Shown piece after piece: positions 15,801 to 27,614 of a DNA stretch of 64,000 nucleotides. The DNA comes from Bilabrum cf. latius (taxonomy: Eukaryota): NCBI GenBank assembly GCA_965178125.1, contig OZ237736.1, positions 1,550,001 to 1,614,000 of the forward strand. Reading direction: 5' to 3'. A program made the translations under genes and the position numbers. The notes under the pieces were generated by a model. That model saw only the letters and a program-made list of their open reading frames with translations, did no database searches and was not told where the DNA came from. Each line of letters begins with the position of its first letter. Within the stretch, counting starts at the first letter, position 1.

Positions 15801-17546
15801 CAAGCTAACCAACATCACCGGCTCGCCTCCATCCACACGCAGGGAAGGTTCACGCGCCCCCTCTTGCAGCTGTGGCCGGCCCCAGCTCCACCAGCCAGCC
15901 AGCGAAGACCGGAGCGCGTCCAGCCTGTCGCTTGGACTCACGGCAGCTTCCTTGCCGCCATCGCCGCTGCTGCCGTCCTCGTCCTCCTGCCCACCCCGCA
16001 GCCAGGCACGCGCGTGCTCCTCCGAGCTCAGCGTGGCATGTCCGCCCACTGCACCCCCCGTCGCACACGCACCCCCTTCGAGCCATGCCTCGGCCAGCGC
16101 CACTGCAGCATCAGGAGCACCGCCAGCGAGGCGGTCAGCACTTTCTCGACTCATCGCCGTCACTAGTTCGGCCACTCTAGACTCCGAGCTTGCTGTGACG
16201 GGGGAACCTCCGACAGCAACCCTGGCTAGCCGATCTGCGAGTACGGGTAGCCCGGCCGAGGGGTCGATCGGTGGCTGCAGCTGCGGGTCAGCGGGGTCCA
16301 TTCGAAGGCACCTGAGAGCCGAGTCGCCTCCATCAGGTATTCGGTACACCACAGGGGTGGCATCGTTGTCGAGGTTCTCCTGCTCCCCACCACGCCGCCC
16401 ATCTGCAAGCATCCATGCACCTCCACCAGGCACAGCCAACACTATCACCCCATCCGAATCTCCGCTTCTAAAGCTCTCGGTGAGCGCCTCGGCCGCCTCA
16501 AAGTCGAGTGGGGACAGAGGCGCCTCCACCCCGAGCTGCGTGCCCCTATGCCTCACCTCTGCCAGGGCCAGCACGCGCCCGAGTCCGTCTTCCGTCTCCT
16601 TTGCGTCCACCGCCGCCGCACTGGCCTACCCGGGCTCCCCCGCCCCCCTGCCCTCGATCTCGCGCGCCCCAGCCGCCAGCTCTGCAAGCGCCGCCAACGG
16701 CCCCAGCCTCTCCCAGCGGAGCTCCGACAGAGCACCGGCCTGTCCACCGCTGCTTAGAGCGCATGCGCGGCGCCGGTTCCGTCGGATTTCCTTCCTCAGA
16801 CCGGTGGCCGTCGGTAGTGCCGCCCCGACCGCCGTGCTGGCAGCATTTGTGGAGGCCAGCCGCCCCGCCGCAGCCAGCGACGCAGCCACGGGGCAGGATG
16901 GGTCCTTGGCCCCCAATGCAGCCGCGCTGTCCACGGGCCAGCCGTGCACGGTGGATGTGCCGCTGGCCAGCGCCACGAGCTGCACATTGGGCGCAGCCGG
17001 GGCTTCATCATCCAACGCGCTCGTCGCATGGATCGGGGGCAGCCGGGCTAGCACTGCGGTCAGGGCCCGCGGCAGGACCGAGCTGTATGACTGTTCTTGC
17101 TCGCTCAGGACTGATTCGGAGGCTGAGTGCTCCCACAGGTGTGCGAGCCCTCGGCAGCCGCGCGGGTCATGCGCCCACCCTCGGGGCACAGCTACTGCCG
17201 CGGACGGGGCTTGGACGCCTCGTGACACCGCGCACACAATCAAGGCATCGCGGAAACCATCTTGGTAGCCCGTCGCTTCAATGGTATTAGAGACGCACCC
17301 CGCCCACAACTTGACGCGTACCACTAGATGGCATGGCGATCTGGATACAACTTTGAATTGAGGCAGTATTGACTGAAGCGTGCGGATGGTAGATCGAGCG
17401 ACCTACGGATCAACCAGAGATTGCAGCCGGTCTGAACCCCGCACAGAATCATTTTCAATCTAATTTTGGGCTTCTCTTGCCTATCTCCGTGCCCGAGCGC
17501 GCTAGAGCGCCTGCAGAGCTTCGCTACCAACAAGTTTCGTTGTCAT
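12849..17546 (-). CDS. Uncharacterised ~1565-aa intronless protein with internal 17-aa tandem repeats (requires TAG=sense; 12 TAGs)
   Basis: Eight ORF-track fragments share one frame and are separated only by TAG. ATG at 17546 gives MTTKLVGSEALQAL*RARARR*AREAQN*IEN. First non-TAG stop is TAA at 12851-12849. No domain recognised. Confidence 0.7.
14846..15392. repeat. 51-bp tandem repeat, about 10 full units plus one shortened unit, encoding AASTDRSMPAGH(Q/H)SSSI on the minus strand
   Basis: Unit ccgctatcgaggagct(g/c)tggtgtccggctggcatgctgcgatctgtggaag repeats head-to-tail with no spacers. Confidence 0.95.
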
Positions 17547-17796
17547 GATAGACCGTACGAAGCCTCGATTCCATGCAGTCACGATCCAAGACCGAAACGA
17601 AGATGCAGGCTTCATACTATTGGCATCTAGTGCATGGTTGGTGGCGCGATATACTCAACATCGACCAACAGATGCGACCGCTTGGCGCAGCTCCGAATTG
17701 CGTGTGCAACGGACGCAACACTCTGGTGAAACCAGCAGAAAAACAAATAATGACCCACTTTTACTCTGCAATGGACCAACTTAGGTCAATCGAAGG

Positions 17797-20700
17797 ATGA
17801 ATGATGAGGCCGTTGCGCAAAGAGAGCTTGACATGGTAGCTGGTCCTGGCAAGCTCAGAAGACCGAAGTAGTCGGGCCACATGCAGGACGATGTCAAGCT
17901 AAATAGACCCGCTACAAGCAACATTGGGGCTCCTAGATTGACAGCCACCCAGTCATACCGCGTAGCAAGCCCAAGTGCGCGGCGTACGTAGTCTCGGGGA
18001 GCGTTGTCGCGGATTCGCAGCTTGGGCGGCATCAACTTTGCCAGCCTCCATGCGCAGCAGGGAGCTCTTGGAATCTCACGCGGCGGTAAAACGAGCTCAC
18101 GTCATTATGGCTAGCAATCACCGCTCTCGGAGAAGTCGTCCGGAGAAGTTGTTCCAGATGCTCACTCGGATCTAGGTCTTGGAGACTCTGGCAGCGACAC
18201 TGAAGCAAAGCAAGCTGGGGAGAGTCCTGGCGGCCCTGCACCGCACAAAACTCTTGGAATAACTTGGGCGTCCGAGCCACGCCAGCTGAACGCGCCCCCG
18301 CCAGCCGGTGAGAGCGTGCAGCCGAAGAGTACGCGAGGCAGAGGTCGCGTGCTGCGGGCCGCTGGCACGCGTGCGGTCACAGCCAAGCGTCAACCCGCTG
18401 AGGCCGCCTCACCTCTAGGAAAAGACCCGCTGCAGCACCTCCCCGGAGGGATCAAGCCGCGGGGACTGGGCCGCGCCCTCAGGCGCGTGCTTCGTGATGC
18501 TTCGAGGGCCGTAGACAAGGCACGGTCCGGGCGTCGAGGCGTGGGCGGCCAAGGCGGGGGCGCGGGCAGGGGGCGGGCGTCGCAGGGCGGGGGTCAACGT
18601 GGGGGCATAGGACCTGGATCTACGCGTGGAGCGGTACGGGCCCGTGCTCAGGCACTCTAGGAGAGGAGCTCGCCGGCCGGTGTAGGTGCAGGTGCAGGTG
18701 CAGGTGCAGGGCAAGGCACGACCAGGGGCAGGGGCAGGGGCAGCAAGCAACACGGAGCGACGGCCAGGGTGCTGAAGACCGCGCGTGCAGCTCACTCCAG
18801 CGAGCTTGCAGAGCACATTGGCCTCTGGTGGACCAGAGAGGCAGCGAGGTCGGGCCGCATCGCCGCCCGGTCCGCTCTGCTGGACTGCCTGCAGGGAGGC
18901 CAGTGGGCTGCAGACGCGAAGGACGCTTCCGACCCCCCCGGCAGGCCGACAGCGCGCCCGCTCGCAGGCAGGTAGCCAAGGGGAAGCGCAGCACCAGCAG
19001 CAGCTGGTGGCAGTGCTGCTCGCAGTGGGCAGCTGGGCAAGGGCCGACCGCCCCTCTACTACGCCGTGGTTTGGGCCACGGATGCGCCAGCCAGTGTGGC
19101 GCTCCTTGACCGCCACAAGGCCAAACCGGATCGAGCGAGGGGCAGGCTGGATCCGCCTCTCCTTGTCTCGCTGCTGGGAGCGTGGTTTACGGGCCGCGGG
19201 CGGGCAGGTTCGTGGTCCGGCGGTCTTGGCTGGGCAGATCGGCTTGCTTGCGCCACGGAGTCACTGGCGGGTGCCATGGCAGGCTCTGGCGGTTCACGGG
19301 ACTGGGACGGCGAGCAAGGCCTCAGTCTTGAGCTGCCCCATTGGGCTGTGCGGGCACCACGGATACCGGCCGATCCAGGGGTGGGGAGAGGCGATTTCGG
19401 GTGGGCCGCCACCGGAGGCCCGCGAGACGACGAGCACGAGGCACGCGGCGACTCGCTGCACGTGGCTCCTCACATGGTGCAGTCTGCGGGCGGCCTGCCG
19501 TCCATCATGCCTTCGCTGCCTTCGATTGCTGAGAGTTTTTCTCACTCCGAATCAGAAGGAGAGGACGAGGACGTGGACCGTGGGAGGAGGGGTGCGCGAG
19601 ACCACGGAGAGCAGTCCATGGACTCTGACGGGCTGCAGGAGGAGGGCACGTCGCTGCAACGGATGGGGAGTCGACAGGCCATCGGGATAGGGATCGGGGC
19701 CGGCAGTATGCAGTGGGGGCCGAGTGGTGGATCCGCCGATCAGAACAGAGGGGTTGACGGTGCGCACGGATCAGATGCAGGGTCAGGGTCAGGGCACAGC
19801 ACCGACTACGACGATGACGAGGACTTTGCGTCCGCGGAACAGAGATCTGCTGAGCGGCCTAATGCTGTGGATCAGGATAACTCAACAGCGGCAGATCCGC
19901 TTGGTATTACGTAGCCGCTGCCATCTGCTAGGCCTCCCACGCCCGCGTCTATCGCAGGGTCAGACAATGCAGAGCAAGCAGCAATGCAGCCCACGAGTCC
20001 CGCTCGCGCAGATTTCGACCCCACCGGAGATGGGTAGTACCGGAGTGACGACAGCCGCGAGGAGAGGCAGAGGCCCGTGCGTAGCAGGCGCAGGACCACT
20101 GCTACCGCCACCCCCGGCGCGCCGCACGGCGCAGGCCCGGACGGCAAAGCAGCCAGCCCTAGTCCAAGCCCCAGTCCAGGCGCGTCCATGAGTCCGGAGT
20201 CTTCAGGGCAGCTGCGACCGTCCACCTCGCCCTACCCCAGGCGAAGCGGCCTGCGAGAGAGCCTCGGCCTTCGCGGCGGGAGCGCCAGTCCGGCGGATGG
20301 CCCGGGGGGAGGGCAGCAGTCGAATCGAGGCGAGTCACCCGTCCCCATGCACGCAGCAGCAGGTGAAGAAGGCTCTCGGACAGCTGATGAGACAACTGAT
20401 ACGGGTGGATAGTGCAGGGATGCGAACGCGGGTGACGGGGTTACAAATGCGGATTCGCCCGCGACAGTAGGCAGTGCCGCCGCGGGCCACTCAGCCGGCG
20501 GACAGCTGCGTCCGCACACCGTTGCAGCAGCAAGGGCACTGGGACGAGCAGAAGGCCAGCCACTTGCACACCCAAAGGCCTGGATGGCAAGTGCAGCGGC
20601 TGCCCAGTTTGCGGCCAACCAAGCGGCCAACCAAGCCACGGCCGACCCACTGCCTCTCCATCAAGGCCCCCCATCGCCTATTAGAGAGGCTCGGAGAGAC

Positions 20701-23700
20701 TCGCCCGTGGATCTGACGGCGGCAGTGGTGGGGGGCTCGCAGGGCAGTCTGAACGAGCCGTCGGTGCAGTCGGCGCACTCTCCTGATCTTGTATTGCCTC
20801 CGAGCGAGCAGCAGATGGCACAGCACGCGCGGGACCACATCATGCAAGGCGGACTTCCTGGTGTCCCGATGCCCGTGCCTGTGTTCCTTCCCTTCCAGCC
20901 GTTCGTGCCAGGCCTGGCTTTGCCCACGCAAGGGCATCTGCCGGTTGTAGCTTCACGGGGAGGAGCGGGATAGGCCAGTGCTGGCGCTGTCTCCTAGCAA
21001 GAGCAGGTGCAGCAGCAGCTGACAGCAGACCCTGGGTTCACCGGGCAAGTGCCACGAGCAGCCAACGGCGACCGATAGCAGCAGAGAGTTCCTTTGACAG
21101 ACGGGCCGCCGGGCGACTACACCGGCCATGGGCTGCAGCAGGAGCCTGCGGGTGGTCCAAACCACGGGGAGGAGAGGGTCTCCAGGGCGCGGAATGGGGG
21201 CATGAAGACTAGCACGTACCATCGCTAGCGGCGGCGCCGCACCAAGGGTATTTCGGCCAGGACAGCCAAGCTACAGAGAGGCAGCGTGGCATCAAGGCTT
21301 GCAGCCGACCCTGCGCTCGCGGAGGCGCGCCGCCGGTCGAAGCTCAGGCGCAAGCGTTCTCACCGGCTGGCAACCCAGGTGCTGCCCGCCGCACAAGACG
21401 CGCTCAGGGCACAGGCCATGGCGGTGAAGGAGGCAAGGCGAACGGGCGGACTCGGCCTGACTACATCCAAGGCGCAGTCACGGTCGGCCAGGGCCAAGAG
21501 GGCGCGTGCTGGCCGGCTGCCAACCACCCGATAGACTGGAACTGGTGGAGGTCTTCCTGCGGACAGGCGCCCAGTGCTAGAGCCAGGGAACAGTACAAGT
21601 CATGACTGTGCACCTATCGGAGGTAGCGCGACGCCAGTTCGCTCAATGCCCCGAGATACGAGCTCCCTGGATGTGATCGTACCCTTGCAGCCTCCCCCGG
21701 AGTCTCGGGTGCTTGGCGCCTCGCGGGCCAAGGCGCTGGCATGCCTCGTTGCTCTCCTTCAGCGGGGGGTGAAGCCGCCCTAGGATGCCAGCGGTGGGAT
21801 GCCGAGGGAGGGCGTAGTAGATCGGCTCGGGCGGGCCTTTTTGTTCGCGGTGGGGCGGGAGAAGGGGAAGGCCATCAGCGTGCTGCTGGGCAGGGCAAGC
21901 GGCGAGCTGGGTGCATGGCACCAGGGACAAGTCGACGAGGCCGCGCTTCGCCACGGAGTAGCAAGGGGGCGGGGCGTGCCGCCGACGCCTGCTCCAAGGC
22001 GCAACATGGGCGGGCAACAGTCTTGGTCGGCGCTCCCGCAGCCGCTGCTGCCTCCGACTGGGCTGGTTCGAGCTGCCTTTCAGGTGCTCGGATCTGCTAG
22101 CTTGCCTGCAGAACTGGCTGCCTTTGTGCTGGAGTAGGTCATGCGGGAGGGGCATGCGGACGTGGAGAGGCAGCTGCGGGCACGAGCCGTGGTCGGGGTG
22201 CGGATGGAGGCGGCAGGGGCAACTATGTCTGGTGGAACTGGCGCTGTTGCCAGGCAGGGACAGGGCGGTGCACCCGCGGTGTCGGCGTGGACTTGCGGGC
22301 TGGTCGGCGCATGTCTGTGCAAGGGAGCAGAGGGTGCAGGTGCTGCGGCTGGTCTGCCGAGCACCTGGGATGCCGTTGCTTCTGCGGTGCAGTCCGAGGG
22401 CGGGCTGCCGGCGGTGGGCTCCTTGTCCACCGGGGCATCGGTAGGAGGGGCATGGGGCGCTCCAGGCGGCTCCAGTGCCGGCAATGGCCGCGCATCACGG
22501 GCGCACGAGGACCTTGAAGAGATGGGTGAGAGCTTCGAGGAGGAAGGCGAGTAGAGCAGAGCGGGGAGCAGACCCCCAGCGCTGCCGGATGCATCCGTGC
22601 TGGACGAGGATGGCATTGCAGCTGCACAGACCCAGGCACTTCACTCAATCCTCAAACTGGCAAAGCGCATGCACAAGCAAAGCAGAAGCAAGCGAGCAAG
22701 ATCAGGCGAACGGCGCGTTGGGGCTCGGGTGAGTTATCCTGCCTTGCTAGAGTTTGCTTACCCTGTCCTGCTGCAGACGCGCACAGGATTCGAGCGGCTG
22801 GCACCGCACCTTGCAGGGGCTGGGCAGGCGCCAGAGAACAGCGAGAAGCTCTCATCCGGGGGTGAGGATGTTTTCCTATCGCCCGCGAGGGGTCTTCCCG
22901 CGCCCCCCTTTCAGGCCGTGCTGCCCGGCGAGACCCCTCTGCACGTGCTGGCGAGGAGGGTGGCAGCCACACGCTCTGTCTAGGCCGGTCAGCTCTGGTC
23001 CAAGGCGGCGGGGCAGGTGCTACGGGCCGCCGCGACCGCTCGTGTGCCGTCGTCATCGGCTGGACCCACGGCCACGGCCGCTGGTGACACGAGAAGAACG
23101 CCGTCTGTAGAGACTGAAGTCAACGCAGGGGTGGAGCTGCGGCGGCTGGCAGCGGCCGTTGATGCCTCCGGAAGGACGCCTGCAGAGCTGCTGGCGGCGA
23201 CTTCCGCCGCCATGCGGGCCGCGAGCCGAGCCGCGGACGTTGCTGCCAGGCGGCTGTCCGAGTCCGCGGCAGGCGGTGCCCCCGGCGGCGGCTTGTCGGA
23301 CGATGCGCTGGCCCATGCGGCAGCCGGTGCCGGCATGGCAGCCGCGCAGGCAGCCACCATGGCACTGCTGTCCGCCGAGCGGCAGCACCGCCACACGCAG
23401 AGGGAGGCGGAGAGGCGACATAAAGAGGCAGCGGGGAGGGCGGCGAGGAGGGCGGGCTTCGACCCTGGTGCGGTCATGCAGGTGACTTCGTCGGCGGGGC
23501 GCAGGAGCAGAGCAGGGCAGGCGGAGGGTGGACGGGGGGTCGTTGTGGAGAGCAGCAGCAGGACCAGCTGGTCCAGCCGGGGCGGGGGCTTGCATGAGAG
23601 GGGCTCACTCGTCACATCTGTGCAGTTCGCCCGGCGGCTGGAGGTGTCCCCTTCCTCGGTTCGATCCCCGGAGCGCACGGGCGGCAGTGGTCCAAGAGGT

Positions 23701-24405
23701 GCTGCAGAGGGCGGCAGTGGTCCAAGAGGTGCTGCAGAGGGCGGCAGCGAGGACGAAGAAGAAAGGGAAGGGGAAGGGGAAGGGGCGCAGGCCACGCACC
23801 GCCGCCGGGTCTTCTCTTTCGGTCCATCTGCGGTGCACGAGCATGGCGGTAACTTTGACGGTGAAGGTGACGGTGACGCTGTAAGGGCCCCCCCCGCAGC
23901 CTCGCCGCCAGATAGGGATGATGGACAGGTCCCGGCGCTCTCTGAGGGAAGCAGGGAGGTGGTGAATGAGGGGCTTGCGCTGGGTGGCATTGGCGGCATG
24001 GTCGAGGGCGGCACTGGCGATGACGAGCAGCAGCAGGAGGAGGATGGGCGCAGGGGGCTCGGTGCTGGGGGAGGGAGGTTTGCCTCGTACCGTGGTTTCG
24101 AGGAGGACAGCGAGGACCAGGGAGCAATGGGCAGAGACACGGGTGTCGAGAGCAAGGGCATGGAAGAGACGGGGACTGCGTTCGTGCAGAGGGGAGCGGC
24201 GCGGTCGGCATGGCTGGCGGCGTGGTGCGGGGCGCTGGCGGCGGCACGGGCGGTGCACGCTCTTCGGGGCGGTGGGGGGGGAGGGGGAGGGGGAGGGGGA
24301 GGAGATGGCGGGCAGTAGCATGGAGGGGATCTGTCAGAGAGCGCAAGGTGGGTGCTATGGAGGGCGTTGCACCGTGCCGAGTCCGGCAAGTAGGGGCTGG
24401 GGTGA
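17797..24405 (+). CDS. Uncharacterised ~2202-aa intronless, mostly low-complexity protein (about 19 in-frame TAGs)
   Basis: ORF fragments from 18316-18660 through 23017-24318 are in one frame and separated only by TAG. First TGA is at 24403-24405. The frame is also open back to ATG 17545, so the start is uncertain. Confidence 0.7.
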
Positions 24406-24916
24406 CGAAGCTGCAGTATTGTATCTCCTTCTCAATGGCAGATCCAAGCGGCTGGTTCCGGGCAAACCGTCGGGCGGGCTGGAGATCGAGGGCGAGGTGG
24501 AGAACGGGGCGGGCGGGACCAGGGAGGTGGCGGGCCCGCTGGAGGCTGCTCGTTTGGGCGGGCATGACGAGTGCTTGAGTGCTGTAAAAAAGTCTGTGGG
24601 CACTTGCCAGCGGGCTCATCGAATCACGCATGGATCATCCTACTAGTTCAATAGAGCGGACCGAGTGCTCCATGCCACACCTGACATGTTGATAAAAAAT
24701 GCCACAATGCTTCCAATAAGTACAATGTACCACATCACACACAATGTGCAAGCATGCACCACACACACCACACGAGTGACCGCCCCACCTCACTCGTCAC
24801 GACAGCAAGGCTTGCTGGTGCGCTCGCCGGCGGCGTGCTCGAGTCTAGAGCGAGCGCTACACGCAGCATGTGCTTTGTGCTAGACCATACACAGATGATC
24901 TTTAGATGATCAAACC

Positions 24917-27127
24917 ATGATATATACAATCATAATAGCATTCATCGTGGCAGTTACCCAGGCTCGTGTTCGGTGGACCGGCACAACGGCTCGTAGCCTG
25001 CTGCAGCGAGCCGACCTGCAGGGAGACACATCTTATTTGCGATGGCCAGGCGTGGTACAATTGCAAACAACACGATCGCCGTTTGGCTGCTCGGGGGTAT
25101 TCGTCAGGCAGAATGTTATCCTAACAGCAGGCTCTTGCATTAGCGGCGACCGCACGGGCTAGCTTGGCGATCGCATCGAGGCAGCTGACATGCCAGAAAT
25201 AATAGTACGGGCAGGGGCAGGGTGGGACAGTGATGCGGATGGTCCCGCTCCTAGTGGCCGAGGACTGACTCGCATCGGAACTTTGTCGAGCGCGTCGTAC
25301 GTGTTCGTGCCCGGTTTCCACGGCAGCAACCTCGCCGTGTGCGTCATCTCGTTGGATGACCCGGCGCTCCAGTCTCTCGTGACACCGTACGATTTCATGT
25401 TTGAGGCGAATGGGGGCGACGTGCCCGTCCCTCCCGCTCCGTTTCCGCTGCAGGCCGAGATGGTCGGGTATGGCGCCCGTGCCGGCAGCGGGATCGTTGC
25501 AGAGGGCCAGGGCCTGCACCGCACCGCCCGTATCGAGCTGTCCAACCGGACCTTTGAGGTGATGCTCACGGAGCAGTGTCTTACCCAAGTCACCGGGGGC
25601 GCTTACGTGCTGGATACGCCAGTGGATGGGCAGGGGCCCAGGCTGTGCGCGTTTGGGGGCGATCTCGGGGCAGCGCTCATGCATCAGTCCGTGGACGACG
25701 GGAGGTGGTATGTCCTCGGGGTAGGCTCTCAGTCGGACGAGAGCCCCTGCAGCGTCCGCAGGGGTTTCTTCACATCTGTTCAGTTCCGGCAGGAGTGGAT
25801 CGAGAGGGAGCTCAGCTTCCTCGTCGACGGACCCGCCGTTGTCTGCCCCTCGGCCTCGCCCTCCCCCAGCGCGTCGCCGAGCCCAAGCCTGGTGCCCCCT
25901 TCTCCCACGCCGAGCACATCCATGAACGCCTCCTCCACCCCCAGCCCATCGCCAGCGGCCCTTGTTCCCCCGAAGGGAATCAGCCCCGTGGTGGTCGCCG
26001 TCTCCGTGCTAGTCGCGGTCGGGGCGTGCTGCGTGGCACCGGGGTGGTACGCCTACTGGTTCGTATTCATCCGTGACATACACCACGTGCCAAAGAGGAC
26101 GGACCTCGGCATGCTGGTTGTTCCCCCGGATGAGGCCAAGACGCGCCGGGAGCGGATGCGGGAGAAGGTCTCATCCACTCGGCACGTGCACGAGGAGGGG
26201 GCTCCGTGCGCGGTGTGCGAGGCCATCGCCGCCAAGAAGGAAGAAGAAGAAAGAGCAAAGGAGGTTGCGGGCATGCTGTCCGATGGGGCTGGGGGTGAGG
26301 GGGAGGAAGGGAAGGCAGGCAGCAAGGATGAGGACGAGGATGGGGAAGAGGACGAGGACGGCCTCGCGAGGATCGAGCAGTAGACGAGGGACAGCCGTCT
26401 CGAGCGGGAGGACGGACGACCTGGCCCGTTGGGTCTGGTTGTCATTTCGGAACAATAGCGGGGGGTCGTGCACGGCGACGAGATGCTCCGCAGCATCGCC
26501 ATGGGAGTGCCGATGCCCGGCCAGCGGAAGCGCCGTCAAGCTGCACCCGTGCACGAGCAAGGCAAGCAAAGAGACTCGCGGCAGGATAGTCATGGCAGCT
26601 CTAGATTTCAAAGCATTGCGGACGAATCCTCAGCAGGAGCATAGGGAGGTCCCCGTTCCGCTGATTCGCCGAGACAGCTCCCTTTGGGTGGGGCTCATGG
26701 TATAGCATTGCCGCAGCAGCAGCAAGACCGCACAGCGCACCCATTGGACTGGCGCAGCTCCAGTGCCGTGCATGCAAGCGAGCTTGAGTATCCCGCAGGC
26801 ACGCAGAGAAGCCCTCGTTCGGGTGGGGCTTCAAGGTCATCCAGCTAGCGCGCCATTGATAGGAACGGGTTGACTGCGCTGCAGCACTATAATCCAAGCG
26901 CAAGCGAGAGCCTATCAAGTAGCAGAGGTCAGGGTGGGGCGCGACGCCCCTCGCATACTCGGAGCGAGAGCCGCGCATCGTCTCGCGGAGGGTCGGTGTT
27001 TCGCGCGTCTAGCCTCTCTGGCCGCAGCATGAAGCGAAGATTGGAAGCGGCCAAGCATTCCAGAGACTAGGCCCATAGAAAAGACCCTGCCGCCTTGCTG
27101 CTGGCTCGCACCGGAATGCGAATGTGA
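24917..27127 (+). CDS. Type I membrane protein with a catalytically degenerate trypsin-like (S1) domain; six in-frame TAGs
   Basis: Signal peptide. CSGVFVRQNVILTAGSC corresponds to TAAHC and CAFGGDLGAAL to GDSGGP. Also WYVLGVGS, FFTSV..WI, a Ser/Pro stalk and TM helix VVVAVSVLVAVGACC. Ends at TGA 27125-27127. Confidence 0.8.
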
Positions 27128-27614
27128 GCCTACCTTGTGTGTTCTTTCACGGCCGAGCAGCTGCTCCGAGACTACGGTTGTTGGCGCGAAGAAAAACCAG
27201 TCAAGTGAGCGCAATACAGCCGACTGAGAAAAAAAAGAGGAATGGTTCCCACGAGCTGATCTATCTTAAAATGCAAGCAAATTCAGGGTAGACGCAGCCA
27301 AGCCGATCCACGTGCAGGACCGACCCATCAGGAAACCGGAAATGGGCCCCGAGCACGCAACACACGTTGCGTGCTCTTCTGTCCGCCAACTGACAGGTTC
27401 TTCGCGGCAGCGCCAGTTATCTCTCGCGCACTCCTAGCCCATGCGGGGGCCCTTCGGCAGGGAATGCACTCGAGCAACTATTCTTGCGGCGCGCTCGATG
27501 CCGCGCGTGCTCCCAGCAAGCACGCGGCACCAATTCTTCTTCTTTTTAATCTGTTCGATTGCCATCCTTCCTCAGCACTGGACACGGTCCAGCGTCTATC
27601 GTAAGAAGCACAGC

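Noticed and set aside
24406-24900. Coding-like GC-rich stretch after the TGA at 24405
   Set aside because: It is in another frame with no supported splice or homology; treated as UTR or intergenic.
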